51,828 bases of DNA from Candidatus Gottesmanbacteria bacterium RIFCSPLOWO2_01_FULL_43_11b (GCA_001780985.1 MFJV01000001.1:103466-155293); one strand, 5' to 3'; counted from the stretch's first letter, positions 27,139-35,283 are shown. Program-made: numbers and translations. Notes: a model not told the origin generated them from the sequence alone.

Positions 27139-27148
27139 GGGTTCCCAC

Positions 27149-27157
27149 ACTATAGCA
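27149..27157 (-). promoter_or_regulatory. Extended -10 box TGCTATAGT (minus strand), with TTGACA at 27174-27179
   Basis: Reverse complement reads TTGACA-19 nt-TATAGT, with TGc immediately upstream of TATAGT. Confidence 0.5.
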
Positions 27158-27411
27158 TGAATCCAACTTGGAGTGTCAATAGATCAAATGAAAAAGAAAC
27201 GACGCTGGGTATCTCGCTAGGGCGTGACTATGCAATCAAGGTCTGACCCCGATTTCTTATGACCCCGATCACGCTCCTCAGGAGTCATTGCTGCACGCTC
27301 TTTGGCTTGCATTTCTTCAAATTTCTTTCGCGGATCACCGTAAACTAGTCGATACAATTGGCAGGAATTTGGCTGATAGTACTCTCCCATTCTGCAAAAG
27401 TCAATTTTTTG

Positions 27412-27420
27412 TGCTATAAT
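27412..27420 (+). promoter_or_regulatory. Extended -10 box TGCTATAAT, 6 nt upstream of rpmE ATG
   Basis: tgctataat tcgtgc ATG 27427. Confidence 0.6.
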
Positions 27421-27426
27421 TCGTGC

Positions 27427-27735
27427 ATGAAAGCCGATATTCATCCCAAGTGGTACCCGAATGCAGTCGTATCCTGCGCCTGCGGCAACACGTTTACCGT
27501 GGGTGCGACAAAGGATAAAATCCAGGTTGAAATTTGCTCCAATTGCCACCCCTTTTTCACCGGTGAAATGAAGTTTATTGACACAATGGGTCGTGTTGAA
27601 CGGTTCCAGGAGAGGCAGAAACAAGCACAAAAATCAGGTCCGTACATAAGTAAAAAGAAAAAGATTGCGCAAAAGAAAGCTGCAGACGATCGAACTCCGA
27701 AGAGTCTCAAAGAAATGCTCATGGGACTAAAATGA
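27427..27735 (+). CDS. rpmE: 50S ribosomal protein L31
   Basis: [47 protein letters not shown]. The conserved N-terminus fixes ATG 27427. Stop TGA. Confidence 0.92.
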   Translation: MKADIHPKWYPNAVVSCACGNTFTVGATKDKIQVEICSNCHPFFTGEMKFIDTMGRVERFQERQKQAQKSGPYISKKKKIAQKKAADDRTPKSLKEMLMGLK

Positions 27736-27791
27736 ACTCCGATATCGCTATTTTAGAGTTTAGGCCAGGACCAGGTGGTGAGGAAGCTTGA
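27732..27791 (+). CDS. 19-codon upstream ORF duplicating the 5' end of prfA (leader peptide or gene-fragment remnant)
   Basis: ATG overlaps the rpmE stop (ATGA). [19 protein letters not shown] versus prf[20 protein letters not shown]. 48/57 nt identical. Followed by an 8-bp hairpin, TGGTTGCT 27793-27800 / AGCAACCA 27819-27826. Confidence 0.35.
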   Translation: MNSDIAILEFRPGPGGEEA

Positions 27792-27852
27792 CTGGTTGCT
27801 TAACGAGTCTCCGAGTTTAGCAACCATCAATGCAACATGAACAAAACAAAAT

Positions 27853-28551
27853 ATGAACACAGACATAGCTTTATTAGAATTTAGACCAGGACCAGGTGGT
27901 GAGGAAGCCAAAATTTGGGCTTCGGATCTTCTGCGTATGTATACCCGCTATGCTAATCTTTTAGGTTGGAAAGTTGAACAACTTGATGATCGGGTCATTC
28001 GTATCCGCGGTCCTGAGGTATTTACAAAACTCCAATATGAAGCCGGTACTCACCGGGTTCAACGGATTCCGACAACAGAGCGACACGGCCGAATTCACAC
28101 TTCGACCGCAACAGTTGCAGTGTTACCTGAAATTCCGGAGACGGAAGTCTATATTAAACCGGAAGAGGTTGAGTGGGAATTTTTTAGAAGTGGTGGTAAG
28201 GGCGGCCAGAATGTGAATAAAGTTAGTTCTGCTGTAAGAATTCGCCATAAACCCACAGGAATTGTCGTCCAATGCCAGACCGAGCGCGACCAGCACCAAA
28301 ATCGGCAGGTAGCGCTATCAATGCTCCGTGCGCGTCTCTGGGAAAAGCAACTTATGGAACAAGAACTTGCCCTGAGCGATAGTCGAAGGGTAATCGGACG
28401 AGGGCTTCGGGCTGAGAAAATCAGAACGTATAATTTCCCACAGAATCGTATCACAGATCACAGAATTGGAAAATCCTGGGGAAACTTGAATGACGTTATA
28501 GAGGGAAAACTAACTAAAATTTCTGATGCCCTCTTACAGTCTTCTGTGTAA
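27853..28551 (+). CDS. prfA: Peptide chain release factor 1-type protein lacking N-terminal domain 1
   Basis: 232 aa. HRVQRIPTTERHGRIHTSTATVAVLPE (RF1-type PxT loop), SGGKGGQNVNK (GGQ), IRTYNFPQNRITDHRIG (RF1-type). Alignment to E. coli RF1 starts at about residue 106. Confidence 0.85.
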   Translation: MNTDIALLEFRPGPGGEEAKIWASDLLRMYTRYANLLGWKVEQLDDRVIRIRGPEVFTKLQYEAGTHRVQRIPTTERHGRIHTSTATVAVLPEIPETEVYIKPEEVEWEFFRSGGKGGQNVNKVSSAVRIRHKPTGIVVQCQTERDQHQNRQVALSMLRARLWEKQLMEQELALSDSRRVIGRGLRAEKIRTYNFPQNRITDHRIGKSWGNLNDVIEGKLTKISDALLQSSV

Positions 28552-28758
28552 AGGCACCTGAGAGGTTTCTGCTACAGGAAGAATCGGACCTAATGATACT
28601 GGGTTATGATGGGTGAATTTCCCCTCACCGAGTTTTGTTGTCGTTTCTTGTATGTGGCGTAAAACTGCCTTAGTTACTTCTTCAATCGTCGAAGGAGCTT
28701 CTGGAATATTCAAGCCGCCGGGGTGCTCGGGACAAATAAATTGATACAACACTGCCAT
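28534..28758 (-). CDS. Hypothetical small protein
   Basis: 74 aa from ATG 28758 (MAVLYQFICPEHPGG...). TGTTATAAT box 19 nt upstream. The longer track ORF would overlap htrA. Confidence 0.35.
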   Translation of the reverse strand: MAVLYQFICPEHPGGLNIPEAPSTIEEVTKAVLRHIQETTTKLGEGKFTHHNPVSLGPILPVAETSQVPLHRRL

Positions 28759-28777
28759 AGAGTGTGCGGGCAGGTGG

Positions 28778-28786
28778 ATTATAACA
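28778..28786 (-). promoter_or_regulatory. Extended -10 box TGTTATAAT (minus strand) just downstream of the htrA stop
   Basis: Reverse complement of acaattata-type sequence at 28778-28786. Confidence 0.45.
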
Positions 28787-28793
28787 TAACGGT

Positions 28794-29927
28794 CTACTCT
28801 TGCATTCCCAGTGTTATCTTCAACGTAAGTTCTTTCCCATCTCGCCAAATACTAAGCTCGATCGTATCACCAACCTTTTTACTGCTAATTGTTTTTGCAA
28901 GATCATTGGTTTCTGTAATCTTGTCTCCGTCAATTTTGGTAATGATATCTTCTTCTTTTAATCCGCCTTTTTCTGCCGCACTTCCCTCAACTATATCCAT
29001 GACATACGCTCCTTCCGGAACTTCATTAAGGATTGCAAGTTGGCGCGTAATCATGCGGTATTCAATACCCAAAAACGGGCGGTTAAATTGTCCTGTTGCG
29101 TTGAAGTTGGTTAACGCGTCTTTAACAACGTTAATTGGTATTGCAAACCCTATATTTTGCCCGTCTGCTGCAATTGCGGCATTAACACCAATCACCTGCC
29201 CGCTTGAATTAAGAAGCGGTCCGCCGGAATTTCCGGGATTAATCGCAGCATCTGTTTGAATAACGTTATCGAGTTTTTCAACGTAACCCTCAAATGGACT
29301 TCCTGCGGTTACTCCGCGGCCAACACCGGAAATTACTCCGACTGTCACTGTATTTCGAAATTCACCTAAAGCCGTACCAATTGCAATTGCCATCTGCCCG
29401 ACTTTAATCTTGTCAGAATCGCCCATTTCGATCTGTTGCAGTCCGCTGGCGACGATTTTAACAATCGCAAGATCGTTTGAAGGGTCTCTATAAATTTTCA
29501 CCACATCGTAAGTTTTATCGTCTTTGGTTATCACGCGGTACTTGGCATCTGAATCAGAGACAACATGTTTATTTGTCACTATAAGACCATCTGCTCCTAC
29601 GATAAAGCCGCTCCCTATATCCTGTTCGATTTGTTGAGACTCCCCCGGGGTTCTTCGAAACGGAGAAAAAGGGTCAAATGGATCAAATTCAAAAATATCG
29701 CCAACGCGTCTTGTTTTTGATATCCCGACAGTCACGACAGATGGGGAGGCGTGGTCAACGACATCAATAACGACATTTTCTTCAGTAACCACCTTCACCC
29801 GTTCACCGGGAACCGGAAGCTGTTGACTTGTTGTCGGCCATTTGAAGCCTAAACGACCTGAGGATATTACTCCACCGATGATGAGGACAATTGCAGCAAT
29901 GAAAACGAGAAATTTCTGAAATTTCAT
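28794..29927 (-). CDS. htrA: HtrA/DegP-family serine protease with PDZ domain
   Basis: N-terminal TM, DAAINPGNSGGPLLNSSGQVIGVN catalytic Ser motif, C-terminal PDZ (GLKEEDIITKIDGDKI). Confidence 0.9.
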   Translation of the reverse strand: MKFQKFLVFIAAIVLIIGGVISSGRLGFKWPTTSQQLPVPGERVKVVTEENVVIDVVDHASPSVVTVGISKTRRVGDIFEFDPFDPFSPFRRTPGESQQIEQDIGSGFIVGADGLIVTNKHVVSDSDAKYRVITKDDKTYDVVKIYRDPSNDLAIVKIVASGLQQIEMGDSDKIKVGQMAIAIGTALGEFRNTVTVGVISGVGRGVTAGSPFEGYVEKLDNVIQTDAAINPGNSGGPLLNSSGQVIGVNAAIAADGQNIGFAIPINVVKDALTNFNATGQFNRPFLGIEYRMITRQLAILNEVPEGAYVMDIVEGSAAEKGGLKEEDIITKIDGDKITETNDLAKTISSKKVGDTIELSIWRDGKELTLKITLGMQE

Positions 29928-29931
29928 GAAA

Positions 29932-31218
29932 CTATTTTAGTAATAGTTCAACTGCTTTTGCAAGTTGTGCATCAGCAGTTGCATTCGTCGGATCATCAAG
30001 CTTAATTTCAATATCCGGGGTAACCCCGACTTTGTTTATTGAATCGCCGTTTGGCAACAGCCACTTGCCTGTTGTGATGTGTAAACCGGCTCCACCGGAA
30101 AGTTCCTGTGGTGTCTGAACGCTCCCTTTTCCAAACGTCACCTCTCCAACTAAAGTTGCCCGATTGTAGTCTTTGAGTGCACCGGCAACAATTTCACTTG
30201 CTGACGCACTGCCTTTGTTCACTAAAACAATAATTGGAATGGTAAGAAGTTTACCTTTACGATTGACCTGATATTCGTCCTTGGTTCCGTCACTGTTTGC
30301 TTGAGAAACAACAACACCGCTTTCTAAAAATTCACTTGCAATAAATACAGATCCGTCGAGATACCCCCCTGGATTATTACGAAGATCGAGAATCAACCCC
30401 TTAAGCGTTCCGTTTGTTTTTTGAGCGGTTAATATTTCCGAGATTGCCTTATTCCATTCATCGTTGGTTTTATCTCCAAACCGGGAAAGCCGGAGATACA
30501 CGACTTTATTCGTATTATTACGTAATACTCCTGCAGTTTCTGTCCCGCTAATCTCTGTTATCTCAGCTGCTCTTTTTGTCCACCATTCAACTGATGAGAC
30601 GGTTATCGTATCCCGTTTTATGGTGATTTCTTCAGGCTTTTGCGCGCTTTCATGGAGAATCTCAAGTTTTACCTCTGACCCCCTTACACCGCGAATTTTT
30701 GTAACAGCTTGAGGTACAGTCCAACCTGCTGTATCTTCATCGTTAACTTTGAGTATGTAATCACCTGCGAGTAATCCTGCTTTTTCCGCCGGTGTGCCTT
30801 TGAGGGGGGCTACAACTATTACTCTGCCGTCTTTAAGGCCAAGTTGAGCTCCAATGCCGTCAAATTCACCGCCCAAGTCTTCTTTGAATTCCTGATTTTC
30901 TTTGGGAGGTAAAAATGCAGTGTAAGGATCGTCAAGTGAACTCACCATTCCGCTTATTGCACCCCAGACCATTTTCTGGGTATCCATGCTTGCCCGGTCT
31001 ATATAGAATCTGAATAGCCGTTGCCATACGTCCCAAAACATTGAAAAATCAATTGTTACACCGGTCGGTGGTTCTTCGTTTATGATGAGGCGGTTATCCG
31101 GGGTTACCTGAAGCTTGATTCCCCGCTCACCAAGCCTGTAGCCAATTCCTCCGGCAAGGAAAAGAAATGCAAGAATAATGACGTATCTTCGTAGTTTAGA
31201 AAACGGCAGGGTTTTCAT
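29932..31218 (-). CDS. ctpA: S41-family carboxy-terminal processing protease
   Basis: PDZ (GLLAGDYILKVNDE), LILDLRNNPGGYL, VNKGSASASEIVAGALKD. Confidence 0.9.
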   Translation of the reverse strand: MKTLPFSKLRRYVIILAFLFLAGGIGYRLGERGIKLQVTPDNRLIINEEPPTGVTIDFSMFWDVWQRLFRFYIDRASMDTQKMVWGAISGMVSSLDDPYTAFLPPKENQEFKEDLGGEFDGIGAQLGLKDGRVIVVAPLKGTPAEKAGLLAGDYILKVNDEDTAGWTVPQAVTKIRGVRGSEVKLEILHESAQKPEEITIKRDTITVSSVEWWTKRAAEITEISGTETAGVLRNNTNKVVYLRLSRFGDKTNDEWNKAISEILTAQKTNGTLKGLILDLRNNPGGYLDGSVFIASEFLESGVVVSQANSDGTKDEYQVNRKGKLLTIPIIVLVNKGSASASEIVAGALKDYNRATLVGEVTFGKGSVQTPQELSGGAGLHITTGKWLLPNGDSINKVGVTPDIEIKLDDPTNATADAQLAKAVELLLK

Positions 31219-31461
31219 TTATGCTCGGACCACAAATGGGAGAAGTGCGACGTATCGCGCACGCTTCACTGATTTTGTTATAGCTTTTTGGTGTTGGTTG
31301 CAAATGCCGGTTCTCGTGCGGGCTAAAATTTTACCGCGTTCACTCAGGTATTTTCCAAGAGTTCCAATTTCCTTATAATCCGGCTCGGTTTTATTCTTAC
31401 AAAACGGACAATCGGTCGGAACAATTCTTGGTTTTTTAATAAATTTTCGTGTCGGTTTCAT
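31219..31461 (-). CDS. rpsR: 30S ribosomal protein S18
   Basis: CPFCKNKTEPDYKEIGTLGKYLSERGKILARTRTGICNQHQKAITKSVKRARYVALLPF. Confidence 0.93.
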   Translation of the reverse strand: MKPTRKFIKKPRIVPTDCPFCKNKTEPDYKEIGTLGKYLSERGKILARTRTGICNQHQKAITKSVKRARYVALLPFVVRA

Positions 31462-31464
31462 AGA

Positions 31465-31971
31465 TTAAAACGGTATGTCATCTGGATTAACATCTTCTGT
31501 TTTTTCATCCGTTTTAGTTGTTTTCTTTGTCTTTGGTTGAGCTATAGAAGTTACAGAAGGAGCAGCACTTTCGGCAGCTGGTTCTGCACTCACCTCAGAT
31601 GGAGGTTCTGTCTCTCCCGGTGTAACACCCGGACGGCGGGAATCCAAAAGAATCATGTCGTCAATAACCACTTCCGTGGTCGTTTTTTGTGTTCCGTCCT
31701 GTGCTGTCCAGCTGTTCGTTCGAAGTCTTCCTTCAACGTATACCTTTCTTCCTTTCGTAAGAAGCTGACTGCAAAGCTCTGCAAGCTTATTCCACGCAAC
31801 TACTCTGTGAAATTCAGTTTCCTCTTTTTTCTCGCCGGCATCAGTTGTCCAATAGCGATTTGTGGCAAGACCAATGGTACAGACCGCAGCACCAGTTGGA
31901 GTGTACCGCAGTTCCGGATCGCGGGTAAGATTACCTATAAGCTGAACTTTATTTAGACTTCTGCTTGCCAT
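31465..31971 (-). CDS. ssb: Single-stranded DNA-binding protein
   Basis: LNKVQLIGNLTRDPELRYTPTGAAVC OB fold, disordered tail ending DDIPF. Confidence 0.93.
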   Translation of the reverse strand: MASRSLNKVQLIGNLTRDPELRYTPTGAAVCTIGLATNRYWTTDAGEKKEETEFHRVVAWNKLAELCSQLLTKGRKVYVEGRLRTNSWTAQDGTQKTTTEVVIDDMILLDSRRPGVTPGETEPPSEVSAEPAAESAAPSVTSIAQPKTKKTTKTDEKTEDVNPDDIPF

Positions 31972-32257
31972 GCTCCTCCCTTCCGAGTAATAAAAACCTC
32001 AGTATTTGCTCATCAAGCTTTGCATGTTTATTGATTTCTTCAAGTTTAAGCCCGTCGGAAGATACATTTGCAAGGAGGTAGATTGCCTCTGTTTCCTTAA
32101 TGATCGGGTATGCAAGTTGTTTTTTACCTAATGACGTAACTTCTTTGAGGGTTGCAGAGTCACCGAGAAGTTTTTTAACTATCTCTTCCCGTTTCTTACT
32201 GTTTTCGCCATCAAAATCCGATTTGAGAAGTACCATCAGCTCATAGGCTCTTTTCAT
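31949..32257 (-). CDS. rpsF: 30S ribosomal protein S6
   Basis: MKRAYELMVLLKSDF... in the canonical rpsF-ssb-rpsR order. ATG 32257 lies 7 nt downstream of TGATATCAT. Confidence 0.85.
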   Translation of the reverse strand: MKRAYELMVLLKSDFDGENSKKREEIVKKLLGDSATLKEVTSLGKKQLAYPIIKETEAIYLLANVSSDGLKLEEINKHAKLDEQILRFLLLGREEHGKQKSK

Positions 32258-32264
32258 AGATTGG

Positions 32265-32273
32265 ATGATATCA
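32265..32273 (-). promoter_or_regulatory. Extended -10-like box TGATATCAT, 7 nt upstream of rpsF ATG; its TGA is the ychF stop codon
   Basis: Reverse complement of atgatatca. Confidence 0.45.
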
Positions 32274-33326
32274 CGCACCTACTTTGAATTCAACCACATC
32301 GCCGTCCTTCATCTCATACTCTTTTCCTTCACTGCGTACTTTTCCAAGTTCCCGTGCCTTTACCCATCCCCCTGCTTCAACAAAGTCATTAAAGGAAATA
32401 ACATCAGCTTTGATAAAACTCTTCATAAAATCTGTATGGATCACTCCGCTTGCCCTGAGCGCGGTTTCACCGCGTCGAAGGGTCCACGCGCGTACTTCTT
32501 TGACGCCGCAGGTCAAAAATGAAATTAGTCCCAGCATTTCATAGGCCTTAGCAATCAAGCGATCCAATCCCGAAGCTTCCAGTCCTAATTCTTTGAGGTA
32601 TGCTTTTTGCTCATCTTCGCTCATAGTTGCAAGCTCACTTTCAGTTTTTGCTGAAATCATTATCATGTCATGCCGGACTTGATCCGGCATCCCATCCGAA
32701 CTGCTGGATCCCGGCTCGGTGGCCGGGATGACAAAACGAGAGGTCAATTGGTCCTCTGACACGTTTGCAACATACAAAACTGGTTTCATTGTTAATAGAT
32801 GTAAATCCCGGACGTCTTCCGGATCATCAATAACATCTCTTGCTACTTTTCCCTGTTCCAGTTGCACTTTGAGATTTGTAACAATTTCGGAATCCGGTTG
32901 TTTAGCGAGTGTCTGAAGGTCCGCGAGGATAAATTCTGTTTCAATTATTTTTCTATCCCGCTCTGGATCAACATCGCCTGCAACATGGACAACTGACGGA
33001 TCTTGGAAAAACCGTAAAACATTGACAACTATATGCGTTTCCCGGATGTGAGATAAAAATTTATTTCCCAGTCCCTGCCCTTCTGATGCACCTTTAACTA
33101 AGCCCGCAACATCAACAAATTCAACAACTGCAGGAATAATTGGTGATTTATAAATCTGGGCAAGTTTGGCAAGACGCGGATCAGGGACCGGAACCACACC
33201 GATATTTGGCTCAATCGTCGTAAACGGATAATTAGCAACATCAGCAACCTGCCGCTTGAGGAGCGCATTAAACAGTGTGGATTTTCCAGCATTCGGCAAG
33301 CCCACAATTGCTATTTTTAAATTCAT
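32271..33326 (-). CDS. ychF: Ribosome-binding ATPase YchF
   Basis: [35 protein letters not shown]-like C-terminus GVKEVRAWT...IHTDF...KDGDVVEF. Confidence 0.93.
   Translation of the reverse strand: MNLKIAIVGLPNAGKSTLFNALLKRQVADVANYPFTTIEPNIGVVPVPDPRLAKLAQIYKSPIIPAVVEFVDVAGLVKGASEGQGLGNKFLSHIRETHIVVNVLRFFQDPSVVHVAGDVDPERDRKIIETEFILADLQTLAKQPDSEIVTNLKVQLEQGKVARDVIDDPEDVRDLHLLTMKPVLYVANVSEDQLTSRFVIPATEPGSSSSDGMPDQVRHDMIMISAKTESELATMSEDEQKAYLKELGLEASGLDRLIAKAYEMLGLISFLTCGVKEVRAWTLRRGETALRASGVIHTDFMKSFIKADVISFNDFVEAGGWVKARELGKVRSEGKEYEMKDGDVVEFKVGA
32671..32729. repeat. G+C-rich segment with two perfect hairpins inside the ychF coding sequence
   Basis: TGCCGGA-cttga-TCCGGCA (32671-32689) and ATCCCGGC-tcggtg-GCCGGGAT (32708-32729). 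On the minus strand this encodes the low-complexity loop [20 protein letters not shown]. Confidence 0.8.
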
Positions 33327-33332
33327 GGAAAG

Positions 33333-33341
33333 ATTGTACCA
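33333..33341 (-). promoter_or_regulatory. Extended -10 box TGGTACAAT, 6 nt upstream of ychF ATG
   Basis: Reverse complement: tggtacaat ctttcc ATG 33326. Confidence 0.55.
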
Positions 33342-33367
33342 TGAAGCCTATTTCTATTGTATGAGTC

Positions 33368-33376
33368 TGCTATAAT
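33368..33376 (+). promoter_or_regulatory. Extended -10 box TGCTATAAT, 8 nt upstream of ATG 33385
   Basis: tgctataat atacacat ATG. Back-to-back with the ychF promoter. Confidence 0.55.
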
Positions 33377-33384
33377 ATACACAT

Positions 33385-33675
33385 ATGGCATTCAATCCTT
33401 ACGAAAGCGCGCGATACCAAAGTCTTGGACGCAATCATTATTATCCCGTCCCAGAATCCGAGTTTTCCGCATTCATTTCCGGTTATATAAGTGTCGTGAA
33501 CGAAGCGGCAGACATTCAAAAACGTCTTGAGACAGAGGAACGTAACAGACAAGGTTGGTATATGAGTCAAGATCGCAGATTACACAGCAACGCGCGGTCA
33601 GCACTCGAGGGTGGCTTGGCATCCGATATGATCAATGGCGAAAGAGACTGTGCTGGCAGTAACTGGCAATTTTAA
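33385..33675 (+). CDS. Hypothetical protein
   Basis: 96 aa, leaderless-type promoter, no recognisable domain. Confidence 0.45.
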   Translation: MAFNPYESARYQSLGRNHYYPVPESEFSAFISGYISVVNEAADIQKRLETEERNRQGWYMSQDRRLHSNARSALEGGLASDMINGERDCAGSNWQF

Positions 33676-33739
33676 ATTGGCCCCTATGAAGCTCCGGATT
33701 TGATCTCTTCATATCAAAGTGATATAAACTGTCTGTCAT

Positions 33740-34279
33740 ATGCCAAAAAAAGAGGCTATCCAATTACCATCTAAATTGGGCAATATTGCACCAAGCCCTG
33801 AACTTAGAATAAGCTTAGAAGGTGCAGAACGTTGTCTGGCGTTTTTTGAAAAACACCAGCTTATTGACTATCTAAAATCAATTAATTCGCATTACCTTGA
33901 AAGTAAAGGTGAAGTAAAAGGACCAATTAAGCGTATCGCTTCAGCAGTACCTGATCAAGACCAAGATATTTCACAACAATTTGGACTTGATGGATCGTGG
34001 GGTGGAATTAAGACCCTCCTCGAATGGACAAAACCCGATGAAACCATAACAAATAAAACTATATTTCTTGGTCTTTTCTATAGTCACAACACGGATTACT
34101 ATCAATTGTATTTGAGTAGTTCAATTGGTCAACGTATAACAACTGAGGAGGGTATATCACAAACCGGATCATCGTTTTTTAGAGATTTTCACTTAAATCC
34201 TCCAAGTATTCAACAAGGCGAAATTGATGATATATTAATGCAATTTACCAGTGAACTTATTCAGGCGGGAATATTATAA
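33740..34279 (+). CDS. Hypothetical protein (tandem paralogue A)
   Basis: 179 aa. Weak collinear similarity to the next ORF (see findings). Confidence 0.5.
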   Translation: MPKKEAIQLPSKLGNIAPSPELRISLEGAERCLAFFEKHQLIDYLKSINSHYLESKGEVKGPIKRIASAVPDQDQDISQQFGLDGSWGGIKTLLEWTKPDETITNKTIFLGLFYSHNTDYYQLYLSSSIGQRITTEEGISQTGSSFFRDFHLNPPSIQQGEIDDILMQFTSELIQAGIL

Positions 34280-34285
34280 TTTTGT

Positions 34286-34987
34286 ATGAATCAAGAAAAT
34301 AATCATCTTGTACCGCTTAATATAACGACAGAATTAGCTCGAAGCCCACGTGCTTCCGTACAATCCCTATTAGAATTTAATAGAAAAGCGTATGATTTTT
34401 TTGCAACCGAAAGAGTTCTAACGGCAATAAATGAAAAATTTTTTAACAGTAAGGGTACTATTGAAAAACCATATAGTTTTTATGGAATCGATTTAGAAAC
34501 GTCGCCGAAACCAAAAGGCAAAAAATCCCGATTTGACACATACCTATCTGCAACCGGAGAACTCAGATATACAAGTTTACGTGCAACATTAACCGTAAAA
34601 GGGGCAGATTTATCTGAAAAAAATAAAAAATTTGATACGCTAAAGCTTGCCATATATTATGAAATCGAATCACAAGAAAACACGTTCACAATCCAAGTTG
34701 AAGGAGAATTAGGATTCGTTGTGAATAGATGGGAACACAGAGGCGGAAACTGGGGACCTTCAACCGGTGATGTAAAATCATTTTATTTGAAAAAAACTGG
34801 TGAAGCCAGAAGTATGACTTTACCGTTAGACTCCCCACCCCAGCCTCATGAAATACTTGTTACGCTTGGGCAAAATTTTCAACAAATTCTCGAAGGATTT
34901 GCTGCACAAGGATATATCAAACTACCTGAACCACCTCCCCCTAATTCTCCAGAACAAGACTCTCAGGCGCCATTACTAGGGGAATAA
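34286..34987 (+). CDS. Hypothetical protein (tandem paralogue B, Pro-rich tail)
   Basis: 233 aa, starts 6 nt after paralogue A. Confidence 0.5.
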   Translation: MNQENNHLVPLNITTELARSPRASVQSLLEFNRKAYDFFATERVLTAINEKFFNSKGTIEKPYSFYGIDLETSPKPKGKKSRFDTYLSATGELRYTSLRATLTVKGADLSEKNKKFDTLKLAIYYEIESQENTFTIQVEGELGFVVNRWEHRGGNWGPSTGDVKSFYLKKTGEARSMTLPLDSPPQPHEILVTLGQNFQQILEGFAAQGYIKLPEPPPPNSPEQDSQAPLLGE

Positions 34988-35283
34988 ATGAAACAGCTGA
35001 TATTTTTGGCATACTGTAAGGCTTGTTCTTTGCCAACCTGAGCGTCTTTGGAAGTTCTTTTTGCTTCAACAACCGCTAGAGGTTTCCCATCCTTACCGAG
35101 TAAGAGATAGTCAACAAATTGGTGGTCAGTAAATTCAGTACGAAATTCCTCTTCAGTTGTCCCTTTCCCAAGATAAATGTCAAACTCTATGGAAACCTGT
35201 GAAGGGTCATTTATTTCCCATCCTGCTTTCCGAAGATTAAGGTCAATAATTTCTCGTCTAGTTTGCGCTTCATTTTTATCCAT
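34963..35283 (-). pseudogene. Remnant of a type I restriction enzyme R subunit / HSDR_N-type N-terminal nuclease domain
   Basis: MDKNEAQTRREIIDLNLRKAGWEI...FVDYLLLGKDGKPLAVVEAKR...GKEQALQYAKN. This is the typical first ~100 aa of HsdR-like proteins (D...EAK motif). The ORF ends after 106 aa, with no helicase part. Confidence 0.6.

Noticed and set aside
27217-27630. 137-aa minus-strand ORF across the rpmE promoter and coding region. A shorter 57-aa version (27217-27390) would end before rpmE.
   Set aside because: The long form is antisense to the highly conserved L31 gene. The short form has no promoter or SD and no recognisable family. It is kept only as a remote possibility.
27780-27840. 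prfB-style programmed +1 frameshift at GCT TGA C at the end of the prfA upstream ORF.
   Set aside because: The downstream gene is RF1-type (PxT-like loop, YNFPQ), not RF2. The slippery CUU-U context is absent. The +1 frame hits a stop after 16 codons, and so does not join the prfA frame.
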